Origin: Candidatus Forterrea multitransposorum CG_2015-17_Forterrea_25_41
GTDB taxonomy: Archaea > Iainarchaeota > Iainarchaeia > Iainarchaeales > CSSED10-239
Length of the DNA stretch: 64,000 nt
Assembly (NCBI GenBank): GCA_009392915.1
Contig: CP045477.1
Coordinates: forward strand, 704,001-768,000
Reading direction: 5' to 3'
Position numbers and translations under genes: made by a program
The notes under the pieces: generated by a model
What the model was told of the DNA's origin: nothing
The model's input: the letters and a program-made list of their open reading frames with translations, nothing else
Database searches by the model: none
Part shown: one piece after another, positions 19,024-28,600 of the stretch
How positions within the stretch are numbered: position 1 is the first letter of the stretch
How the letters are laid out: every line of letters begins with the position of its first letter

Positions 19024-19228
19024 AACTCTCCCACCAAAATTAATAAAATATATTATTATTAGTTAATGGAAATATTTATAAAACTATTTAGTTTGGAATT
19101 TCACAACATATGATGAATAAATCATATATCTTTATAAACATTTACAACCAATATATACTTTGAAAACATAAAATCGCCTTATACCAACACCTCAACAAAA
19201 TGTTTTTAAAAAAGAGGAGAGAAATACC

Positions 19229-19879
19229 ATGACAAAAAAAGAAAACAATTTAATGTATATTAAAATTCTTTTAGGTGCAATCTTAGCAGTTTTAGTTTTA
19301 TTATTAGTATTGAATCTATCAAACAATAATAAAACAGCAGATGCTTTTTTAAAAGAAACAACAAGTAAAACAGATAACCAAGCAAATCATTTTTTAGGAA
19401 ATGAAGATGCACCTTTAGTAATGTATGAATATTCTTCTTTTACATGTCCTTTTTGTAAAAGATATCAAATAGATGATCAAACTTTTGAAACTATTAAAAA
19501 AGAATATATAGATACAGGAAAAATTAAATATGTTTATCAACACTTTGTAAGAAACGAAATAGATATTAAAGCTGCAAATGCTGCTGAATGTGCAGGAGAA
19601 CAAGATATGTTCTTTGAATATAAAAAGAAACTTTATGAAAATCAAACAGATTTACCAAAAGAAGAATTTTCAAAGTATGCACAAGAACTTGATTTAGATG
19701 TTACAGCTTTTGAAAGTTGTCTTGCAGAAAACAAATATGTAAACAAAATAACACAAGATAAACAAGATGGTGTTAATAAAGGAATTAGTGGAACACCAGG
19801 ATTTATTGTTGGTAACCAAAGAATATCTGGTGCTCAAGACTATCAAGTCTTTAAAGCAGCAATAGATGAACAACTATGA
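19229..19879 (+). CDS. DsbA-like thioredoxin-fold thiol:disulfide oxidoreductase (membrane-anchored)
   Basis: N-terminal TM segment. CPFC active site in YSSFTCPFCKRYQ. Confidence 0.65.
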   Translation: MTKKENNLMYIKILLGAILAVLVLLLVLNLSNNNKTADAFLKETTSKTDNQANHFLGNEDAPLVMYEYSSFTCPFCKRYQIDDQTFETIKKEYIDTGKIKYVYQHFVRNEIDIKAANAAECAGEQDMFFEYKKKLYENQTDLPKEEFSKYAQELDLDVTAFESCLAENKYVNKITQDKQDGVNKGISGTPGFIVGNQRISGAQDYQVFKAAIDEQL

Positions 19880-19987
19880 ATCTAAATTTACATCTATTAA
19901 AAATAATAGATGCTAATAAAACAAAGAAAGATAAATTAATTTTTATTCTTTCTTCTTTTTTTTATTTAACATCAATAATAATAGTAA

Positions 19988-20371
19988 ATAAAGTATACAT
20001 CACTTATAAAAACATTATTTTTATTTGAAAAAACTTTTTTTATAACATTTATTTTTATAAATATAATAATTGCAATTCTATTTGGAATAATTATTAATTT
20101 ACTTAGAAAAAGAATAAAAGATTCAAAAGAGATAAGACAAAAAATAGGTCTTGCACCAGTTGGTGTTTTTTTAGGAATCTTAGGTGGTGCATGTCCAGGA
20201 TGTGTAACTGGCTTATTACCTTTAATACTTAGTTTATTTGGAATAAGTTTTTCATTATTATCATTACCATTTAATGGTTTAGAATTATTATTGCTTTCAA
20301 TAATATTAATGATGGTTTCTATTTATTATTTAACAAAAGAACAAAGAGTTTGTAAAATAAATTATTTATAA
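19988..20371 (+). CDS. Three-TM membrane protein with intramembrane CPGC motif (no in-frame ATG/GTG/TTG start; possibly frameshifted with the 19876..20028 ORF, or a pseudogene)
   Basis: Open frame ...FFITFIFINIIIAILFGIIINLLRKRIKDSKEIRQKIGLAPVGVFLGILGGACPGCVTGLLPLILSLFGISFSLLSLPFNGLELLLLSIILMMVSIYYLTKEQRVCKINYL. It is absent from the ORF track. Confidence 0.35.
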   Translation: MKYTSLIKTLFLFEKTFFITFIFINIIIAILFGIIINLLRKRIKDSKEIRQKIGLAPVGVFLGILGGACPGCVTGLLPLILSLFGISFSLLSLPFNGLELLLLSIILMMVSIYYLTKEQRVCKINYL

Positions 20372-20430
20372 AAAAAATAGAAAAGAAAGATTAAATAATA
20401 TTTAACCTTTTTTATATTAATAGACAAAAA

Positions 20431-21102
20431 TTATTTTAATTTTTTAGATAACATTTCATTTTTCTTCTTTAAATCATAAATCATTCCAGCATAACCATGA
20501 ACCATATCAACAATTGTTTGAAGAGAATTTTGAAGATCAGAAATTCCAACATTTAATTTTTCTGGTTTTATAACATCAATTGCAGTTACACCATAATAAT
20601 AAATTAATCTAAATAAATGAAATAAATCAGCACAAGAAACTTCTGCAGAAATATATGTTGAAAAAAGATCATCATGAACAACTATATCTGCTAAAGTAGA
20701 ATCATACACAAAGTATGCAGAATCTTCTTTAAGAGATTTTAATATTTTTTCCATAGCTTCTCTTAAAACTGTTTTATCATCAGATTTAGATTCTATAATT
20801 ATTGAGACTCTTATTAAATTTTTATCATTTTCAGATAATTCTTTTCTTCTTTCTAAAGTTTTTTTAATTTCATCAGATAAATGATACTTAACAGGGAAAC
20901 CTTCTTTTTTAATTAACTTTAAAGAAAGCATGTTTTTTAAAACAGTTAAAATTTCTTCATAACTTGCATTTGAAAACTCTTTTTTTAAATCATCATCTGT
21001 CTTTGGAGATTTATGAAGAGATTTTGCAATTAAGTCTCTTAAGTTTTTTAAATTATTTTCTTTTTTTATTTCTTGTTCTTTAAAGGATATTTCTTCAGCC
21101 AT
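20431..21102 (-). CDS. Hypothetical protein (possible winged-helix N-terminal region)
   Basis: 223 aa. Weak wHTH-like stretch YEEILTVLKNMLSLKLIKKEGFPVKYHLSD. Confidence 0.3.
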   Translation of the reverse strand: MAEEISFKEQEIKKENNLKNLRDLIAKSLHKSPKTDDDLKKEFSNASYEEILTVLKNMLSLKLIKKEGFPVKYHLSDEIKKTLERRKELSENDKNLIRVSIIIESKSDDKTVLREAMEKILKSLKEDSAYFVYDSTLADIVVHDDLFSTYISAEVSCADLFHLFRLIYYYGVTAIDVIKPEKLNVGISDLQNSLQTIVDMVHGYAGMIYDLKKKNEMLSKKLK

Positions 21103-21473
21103 AATTAATCATTTTTTATAAGTATATATAGAATATAGAATACAAAATACTTAAAAATAGAAGGTAAAAATATATTTTAGGAAAAACAATAAATTTACAC
21201 ACATTATGTATATTAATATTATTGGTGTGTAGACAAAAGTTAAAAGGTTTGCATCTTTTTTAACTAGTATGCTTTAAGCTAGAATTTATATTAAAGTTAA
21301 GGATTGTTTGCTTAGGTAGGTTTTTCTTAATTTTAATCGTTTACACACCATTTTTAATTTAAACTATTTTTTTTTTAAAATTAATAATAATATTTTCATA
21401 AATCTATAAAACAAAAAGTATTTATTTAATAAGAAGTATAAAATATAAATAAACACACAAATAAAGATTATTT

Positions 21474-21764
21474 ATGAATATATTATTTTTAGCAACAGAA
21501 GTTACAAAAGAAAGTACAAAAGTATTAACATTAAATCCAATGTATTTAGTGTATGCAGTCATACTTATTATTTTAACTGTAATATTCATTAAAGTTTTTA
21601 AAAATGTAATTGTAAATAGTATAATTGGTGTTGTTGCTTTATTATTTTTAAATTATGTTTTAAACATTAAACTCCCTTTTCTAATAACTTTAATAATAAC
21701 AGTTATTTTTGGTCCTGCAGGTCTTGGTGTTATGCTTGTTTTAAAATTCTTTGGTGTAGTGTAA
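21474..21764 (+). CDS. Small membrane protein (3 TM)
   Basis: 96 aa, hydrophobic. Confidence 0.35.
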   Translation: MNILFLATEVTKESTKVLTLNPMYLVYAVILIILTVIFIKVFKNVIVNSIIGVVALLFLNYVLNIKLPFLITLIITVIFGPAGLGVMLVLKFFGVV

Positions 21765-21769
21765 GATTT

Positions 21770-22567
21770 ATGAATTCAAGATTTATAAATTTTTTTAAAC
21801 TTAATAAAGAAAAAAAAACTACATTACAACCAAAAATAAACTTTAGTTTAAAAAAAGCAATTAAAGGAAAAAAAGAAAAACTAGAAATTACAACTAAAGA
21901 AAATAAATATAAAAAAATAATGTATACTAAAAAAGCAAAAGACTTAATTAAAAATACACCTGGACTTTTAAGAGAGATTAGAGAATATTTAGAAGGTAAA
22001 AAATATAGGCCTAAAGTATACACTGTGTTTTTAAATAAAGAAAAAGTAAGACTTAGAATAGAAGAAATAAATAGACCTTCAAAAAACAGTATTTTAACAA
22101 ATAATTTTTATAAAATAGAAATTAAAGATGGAAAAGAAATCCATAAATTTTTTGTTAAAAAAAAGAAAATTACAACAAATACTCTTTGCTGCATAGGAAC
22201 TAGAGAAATGCAAGCTTTAGATATTATTAATCAAGCAGGATTTAATATTATTAAACCACATTTTGCATATAAAATAAAAGGAAAAGAAAGTTTTATTTTT
22301 TATGAGTATCAAGATAAAATAATTGATGCTGAAAAAGCTTTTCTTGAAAGAAAAATAAACTCTGAAGATGTTAAACAAATTTCAAGAAAATTAAATAATC
22401 TAGAAACAAGACTTAATGATTTTATAAAAGTAAAATATCCTAATGAAAATTTTAAAATCACAGATATTTCTTCAAGCACACAAAAAGAAAAACATGCTCT
22501 CCCTGTTTTTATTGATTTTGAAAACAAGAAACTATTTTTATTTGATCCAATACTTTCAAAAAATTAA
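21770..22567 (+). CDS. Hypothetical protein, paralogue of 784..1587
   Basis: See 784..1587. It has the conserved C-terminal LPVFIDFENKKLF[IL][YF]DP block. Confidence 0.5.
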   Translation: MNSRFINFFKLNKEKKTTLQPKINFSLKKAIKGKKEKLEITTKENKYKKIMYTKKAKDLIKNTPGLLREIREYLEGKKYRPKVYTVFLNKEKVRLRIEEINRPSKNSILTNNFYKIEIKDGKEIHKFFVKKKKITTNTLCCIGTREMQALDIINQAGFNIIKPHFAYKIKGKESFIFYEYQDKIIDAEKAFLERKINSEDVKQISRKLNNLETRLNDFIKVKYPNENFKITDISSSTQKEKHALPVFIDFENKKLFLFDPILSKN

Positions 22568-22571
22568 AAAA

Positions 22572-22600
22572 AAGTTGATTTCTTTTTAAAAAATCAACTT
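22572..22600. terminator. Perfect 10-bp-stem hairpin AAGTTGATTT-N9-AAATCAACTT between convergent genes
   Basis: It is followed by a T-run on the minus-strand side. The same GTTGATTT...AAATCAAC core also follows the pilin gene at 43881-43909. Confidence 0.5.
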
Positions 22601-22615
22601 AATTTAGTTTACTAC

Positions 22616-23113
22616 TTATTCATTCCAACCAAACTTATAACCTTGTGAAGTTACAATTTGGTTGTTTTTAATAGAATCAATATACAAGTAATATGTATCA
22701 CTACATTTATTATCATATCCTTCTAAAATAACATATCCTCTTACATCTTTATTCATTTTTGGATCAAGATATGCACCAGGAAAACCTACATTATCACTAG
22801 AAGTTACTTTTAATTCCATTAGGTTTGCAGAAGCATCTTTTAAATATACTTTATATCTTTGATCTTCTCCTTTAGGAACCCAATCAAAAGTAAAATATGC
22901 TTTATCACCTGCAACACAATCTTGATATTGCGCATTTACATTTATAATATAAGCAGGAAGAGGAGCATTATTACCTTGAGCAGTAATTTTAATTGCATCT
23001 CCTGTAGTAGTTAATGTAGTGGTTACAATTATTCCTAAGATTAATCCTAAGATTAAACCAAATAAACCATACACCATTATTTGTTTTTTATTTTTCATTT
23101 TTAAAAACCTCAT
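22616..23113 (-). CDS. Pilin-domain paralogue (secreted/anchored), homologous to 43929..44447 and to the N-terminus of 25654..30858
   Basis: C-terminal CSDTYYLYIDSIKNNQIVTSQGYKFGWNE versus CGDSYYLYIKTTKNNQTVTSQGYRFSWVD. The N-terminus is a hydrophobic anchor, not a clean G|Q-x3-E signal. Confidence 0.5.
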   Translation of the reverse strand: MRFLKMKNKKQIMVYGLFGLILGLILGIIVTTTLTTTGDAIKITAQGNNAPLPAYIINVNAQYQDCVAGDKAYFTFDWVPKGEDQRYKVYLKDASANLMELKVTSSDNVGFPGAYLDPKMNKDVRGYVILEGYDNKCSDTYYLYIDSIKNNQIVTSQGYKFGWNE

Positions 23114-23176
23114 TTTAATTTTTATAAATTATAATTAATTAAAGATATTGTTATAGAAAACCTTTATAAAATAAAC

Positions 23177-24337
23177 TTTTAAAAAAAAAGAAAGAAAACA
23201 AAATTGTGTTGCATAACTCTTTTTAAAAGTATTGTCTAACCTATTTTATTACTAGATAAAGGAGGTTAGACAATATGAATATTAAGAACGAAAAGATTAA
23301 TAAAAGGAACTGGTCAAAGATAAATTATGGAAAAACAAGACAAATCTTGTTTTTACTAGATAAAAACATTATTTTTAGTGAAAATGAAAGACTAGTTTCC
23401 CAAAATAAAAACAAACCAGGAAGACAATTTATATATAGTGATAGAATAATAGAACTATTAATTGATCTTAAAAATTATTTTAAATTTGATTATCGTAAAC
23501 TACAGGCATTCTGCCTGTTGTTTAATAATGTTATAAAAATAAAAACACCTGACTTTACAACTATTTGTAGAAGAATGCACAAATTAGAATTATTTCTAAA
23601 AAATATAAAAACAAAAAAAGAACCAACCTTTATAGCTATAGATGGTTCTGGACTTCAAACTACTAATCGAGGAGAATGGCTTAGATTAATACACAAAAAA
23701 GGAAAAATAAACTTAAGAAATGGATTTGTAAAATTAGTGATTGCAACAGATGTTGCATCTGGAGAAATAACTGGAGTGTATATTTCAGATGATTCTGATT
23801 TTGAAAATAAAAGCTTATCAGATTTATTATACCAAACAATAAATAATCAAAACCAAGAAGTCAAAGGACTTCTTGGAGATGGGGCATACGATTCTTATGA
23901 TAACTTTGATATGCTTGATGATATGGGAATAAAACCAATTATCAAAATCAGAAAGAATGCAATTACAACAGAACCTAATGACGATTATTTAAAAAGAAGA
24001 AGAAAACTTGGAAAAAAGAAAAAAATAAAAAGAATTGAAGTTGCAAAAAAGCAACTTAAAAATGTAGATGACTGGAAACAAAAAAATGAGTATAATAAAA
24101 GGTGGGTTGTTGAATACACGTTTAGTGTATTCAAAAGACTATTCGGACATAGTGTGTACTCTAAAAGAAAGAAATATGTCAAAAATGAAGTAATTTCTAA
24201 AGTAAATTTGTATAATAAATTATTAAATATCAATTAAGAAAAAAATAAAATGAATTAAAAAAAGAAATAAGCTAAAAATATTGTGTAAAACACAATATTT
24301 GTGCAACACAATTTTAAAAAAAAAGAAAGAAAACAAA
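23177..24337. mobile_element. IS-type insertion element with inverted termini (~TTGTGTTGCA, about 23204-23214 / 24301-24311), flanked by identical 26-bp direct repeats
   Basis: The direct repeat TTTTAAAAAAAAAGAAAGAAAACAAA lies at 23177-23202 and 24312-24337, immediately outside the inverted ends. Confidence 0.55.
23275..24237 (+). CDS. DDE transposase (IS4/IS5-like)
   Basis: Blocks IAIDGSGL, LLGDGAYDS and VVEYTFSVFKRLFG give the D, D, E/K pattern of IS4/IS5 transposases. The RBS AAAGGAGG is embedded in a 10-bp-stem hairpin TTGTCTAACC(23233-23242)/GGTTAGACAA(23264-23273). Confidence 0.6.
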   Translation: MNIKNEKINKRNWSKINYGKTRQILFLLDKNIIFSENERLVSQNKNKPGRQFIYSDRIIELLIDLKNYFKFDYRKLQAFCLLFNNVIKIKTPDFTTICRRMHKLELFLKNIKTKKEPTFIAIDGSGLQTTNRGEWLRLIHKKGKINLRNGFVKLVIATDVASGEITGVYISDDSDFENKSLSDLLYQTINNQNQEVKGLLGDGAYDSYDNFDMLDDMGIKPIIKIRKNAITTEPNDDYLKRRRKLGKKKKIKRIEVAKKQLKNVDDWKQKNEYNKRWVVEYTFSVFKRLFGHSVYSKRKKYVKNEVISKVNLYNKLLNIN

Positions 24338-24366
24338 TAAAAACATAAACTTCTTAAATATTAAAT

Positions 24367-25641
24367 ATGCAAACATTTAATTGTGATCTTCATTATCACT
24401 CTCCATATGCAGCCGCTTGTTCTAAAAACATAACCATACCTTTACTTGCACAAGAAGCTAGAAAAAAAGGTTTAGATATTTTAACTACAGCAGACATCCT
24501 ACACCCTGTTTGGCTTAATCACGTTAAAGAAAACTTAATTGAAGAAAATGATTGTTTTAGATACAAAGAAATCATTGAAGGAAAAAAAATATATTTTCTC
24601 TTAGGAACAGAAGTTGAAACTGAAGGAAGAGTACATCATCTTCTTTATTTTAAAAATTTTAAACATATTGAAGAATTTAAAAAAGAAATTAAAAACTTTT
24701 GTCAAGATATGTCTGTTTATGGAAGTGGAAGAACAAAACTTAAAACTACTGCAGAAAATTTATTAAACCTCTGTAAAAAACTAGAAATAATTATTGCTCC
24801 TGCACATGTCTTTACCCCTTATTTTGGAATATTTGCACATTTTAATTCTTTAAAAGAGGCGTATGGTAAAAACTGGGAATATGTTAAGTTTATTGAACTT
24901 GGACTTTCAGCAGATACAAAAATTGCAAACACAATTCCAGAACTTAAAAATATTAAATTTTTTTCATTTTCAGATTCTCATTCTCCTTTAAGTTATAGAA
25001 TAGGGAGAGAATATATTTCTCTTGAGATGGAAAGAGCAAACTTTTCTTCTTTTAAAGATCTACTTGAAAATAAAAAAGGAAAATTACTTTATAATGTAGG
25101 ATATAACCCAAGAGAAGGAAAGTATGGTTTAACTGCTTGCTCTAAATGTTATCAACATTATACTTTAAAACAAGCTATTGAAAATAAATGGAAATGTTCT
25201 GTTTGTAAAAAAAGTATTAAAAAAGGAGTTTTAGAAAGAGCAGAAGAAATGGCAGCCTTACAAGGTAACTCTTCTTTAAAACAAATAACAAAAAGACCAG
25301 ATTATAAATATCTAATGCCTTTAGCTCAAGTTATCCAGATTGCAATTAATCAAAAAAATATTAATCATAAAAAAGTTATTGAAATTTATGATAAGTTTAT
25401 TGAAAAGTATACAGAGATTGAAACTATGCAAAGTATTCCTTTTGAAAAACTAAAAGAGATTGATGAAAATATTGCAAAGTACATTATTTCTTTTAGAAAA
25501 GACTTAGTTGTTTTCCATCCTGGCGGTGGAGGAAATTACGGAACTCCATTTATATTTTTCACAAAAGAAGAAAAAGAAAAAAAAGAAAAAGAAATTAATG
25601 AAAATCTTTATCTAAAAGATCTTCAAAAAAAATTATTTTAA
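24367..25641 (+). CDS. PHP-domain phosphoesterase with C-terminal Zn ribbon (COG1379-like)
   Basis: N-terminal CDLHYHSPYAA (PHP HxH motif). C-terminal CSKCYQHY...CSVCKK. Confidence 0.45.
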   Translation: MQTFNCDLHYHSPYAAACSKNITIPLLAQEARKKGLDILTTADILHPVWLNHVKENLIEENDCFRYKEIIEGKKIYFLLGTEVETEGRVHHLLYFKNFKHIEEFKKEIKNFCQDMSVYGSGRTKLKTTAENLLNLCKKLEIIIAPAHVFTPYFGIFAHFNSLKEAYGKNWEYVKFIELGLSADTKIANTIPELKNIKFFSFSDSHSPLSYRIGREYISLEMERANFSSFKDLLENKKGKLLYNVGYNPREGKYGLTACSKCYQHYTLKQAIENKWKCSVCKKSIKKGVLERAEEMAALQGNSSLKQITKRPDYKYLMPLAQVIQIAINQKNINHKKVIEIYDKFIEKYTEIETMQSIPFEKLKEIDENIAKYIISFRKDLVVFHPGGGGNYGTPFIFFTKEEKEKKEKEINENLYLKDLQKKLF

Positions 25642-25653
25642 AAAATACTAATT

Positions 25654-28600
25654 TTAAACAGGGATTTGTACTCTTACAATTACAACTCCAGAACCACCTG
25701 AAAGACCTCTTGTACCACTACCAGAAGCTTTTCCATCCCCACCATTACCAGTATTTGGAGCACCTGCAGAACCACTATTTTCACGAGAATTACCTCCTGC
25801 AGCATAAATTACATTTGATCCAGTTATGTCATTTGAGGTACCAGGTCCTCCTACACCATATCCAGGAGGAGATGCCCAACAACTACCAGAACCTCCAGAA
25901 CCAGTACCACCTCTATTTTGAGGAGGACAAGCATAATTTGTAGAAGATGATCCTCCAGAACCTCCAGATGCTATTGTTCCATTAAAGAAAGAATACCCAC
26001 CTGCAGTTCCTGCTGTATTATAAGATCCACCAGATCCACCAGATCCCACTACAACATCATAAGTGTCAGCAGAACTGGATACAAGTCCATAATATCTATA
26101 TTGGCCGGCATTTCCACCATTACCATTATAACCACCACCACCACCACCACCGCCGACGACTAAGTATTCTAACATATACATTGGGAAGTCTATATTTATA
26201 GTGTAAGTTCCAGTACCACTTCTAAATTTATGAACACGGTATGCATAACCTCCTGAAATTCCCTCGGTTACTGTTGCTGTACCTGTGTGAGTAGTAATTA
26301 TTTTTCTAACCTTTAAAGTGTAGGTTGCAGAGGTTGCACCTTGTGTAACATTAACAGTAATTGTTTTTAAATTACCATCAGAAATGCTTATAGGGCTTGA
26401 TGCTGATCCAGATGAAACAGTTGAACCATTTACAGTTATTGTTCCAGTACCAGTAGGAGTTACAGTAATACTGTTAGTTGTACTAATTAAATAAAAAATA
26501 TCATTATAATTATATGTATTTGAATTAAAAGCAAATCCAGAAGGATTATTACTTAATTCTAAATTTGAAAGACCAGCAGGAATTGTTACGTTTATACTGC
26601 TTTGACTTCCCCAACAACCGTTTGTAGATCTTGCTCTAAAATAATAGGTGCCATTAGAATTTACTGTTTGAGGAGTGCCTCCTAAAGAGGTACTAGTACC
26701 CATTGATGTAGTTCCTTGGAAATATATAGTTCCACCTGAACCACCAGTTGCAGAAATGGTTGCAAACCCAGGACCACTATTTTGAAGAGATATACTTACA
26801 CTTCCTGGTTGAGAAAGTATAGTTGCAGTAACTGGAACTCTTGTTGTTAAATTACAAGTTCCGCCTGTCACTCCTACATAATAAGTTGTTGTCCAATTTA
26901 GAAGTGGAGTTGTAAAACTATTTCCTGTTGCAATTGGAGAACCACCAGTTGATGAAGTATACCATTCAATAGTTCCGCTTGTTGTAGTTGCACCTAAAGT
27001 TACAGAACCATTACCACATCTTTCTCCAGGAGTAACATTTACTGTTGGTGGAGATGCAATAGTCACTGTTTTTGAAACACAACTTGTTGTATTACAAGTA
27101 CCTGAAAGTCTTGCATAATAAGTTGTAGTTGAGGTTGGACTTACAGTTAAACTTGAAGAAGATCCTAATGAAATTGCAGTCCCACAAGTTCCAGCATACC
27201 ATTGATATGTAGCACCAGTTCCAACAGTTCCACCTATTGCAGTTAAAGTAGTTGGAGATCCAGAACATACACTTGTATTTCCAGTAATTGAGGTTGGAGC
27301 AACTGAAGGTGTATTAAATGAAACAGTTGCACTTCCTTGAGTACCCCAAGTACCAGAAGTAGATCTTGCTCTAAAATAATAAGTTCCAGGACTTGAAACA
27401 ACTTCTGATGTTGAAGCATTCATTGTACTGGTACCATTAGAAGTTGTGCCTTGATAATAAATTGTTCCATTAGCACCACCAGTTGCAGTTAAAGTTGCAT
27501 TAGCATTACAAGTTGCCCCACCACCTAAAACAGTTACTGGATCAGGAGTTATATCTACATTATAATAACCTTGAACTAAATCACTTGAAGTCCATCCTGT
27601 TTTATAAGCAATTGCTTTTAATGGAGTTGGAGAGTTAATTAAAACACTTTCTCCATGATTAATAACATTTACTCCACCTTGAACAGGTGTAGAGTTGTCT
27701 AAAGTATAACTGATTTGTGCTCCAGGCACAGAAGTAATAACTACATTTTGTGCAGTTGAATAAGTTCCAGGTAAAGGACTAAAGGTTGGTGAATTTAGTT
27801 TAAAAGTATAATCTGCTTGAGAAACAGAACTTTCAAGATAACCAGACTTGTAAACTATTGCTTTTAAAGTTTGATTTCTGGTTACAGGGATTGAAGTTCC
27901 GAGATATTGAGTTGAACTTGATGTTGGAGTATCACCATTGGTTGTGTAATAAATACTATAAGGAAGAGGAGTTGTAGTTGATAGATCTACAAAAATATTA
28001 TTATTGTATGTTCCTGAAGGACTTGAGAAAGTAGCAGGATTTGCAATTAATTGAACAGTGAAAGTTTGTGTGGCAACAGGACTGGTTGAATAACCAAAAG
28101 CATAACAAACTGCTTTTAAAGTTGTAGTGGATGTAAAATTAATTGGAGAAGAATAAACTGTTCCATCATCTCTTGTTGGATCAGTTCCATCAGTTGTATA
28201 TCTTATGGTGCTTGAAGGTGTGGAACAACTTAAAGTAACATTAACACTATTTGTGTGGGTTCCACCGTTTGGTGAAAAGGTAGGAGTTGCAGCAGGAGCA
28301 TTTATAGTGTAAACACCAGTTGAAACATCACTTGAAGTCCAACCTGTTTTGTAAGTGATTGCACGTAAAGTAGAGGTTGAAGTGATTGGAACAGTTGACT
28401 CTCCACTATTGATTTGTGTACCAGTTGTCTGTGTTGGAGTTGCTCCATTTATAGTGTATCTGATTTGGGCACCAGCAACAGAAGTTATTGCTACAGATTG
28501 AGAATCTGAATATGCACCAGGAGAAGGACTAAAGGTTGGTGCATTTAATTTGAAGACATAATCTGCTTGAGTGACAGAACTTGCAAGATAACCAGGCTTA

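Noticed and set aside
19876-20028. 50-aa ATG ORF overlapping the DsbA stop as an independent gene
   Set aside because: It is too short, and it is probably the 5' part of the frameshifted CPGC membrane gene rather than a stand-alone product. It is reported within that finding.
23177-24337. Interpreting the 26-bp flanking repeats as a simple target-site duplication
   Set aside because: They are too long for known IS4/IS5 TSDs. I report them as an open question rather than as a TSD.
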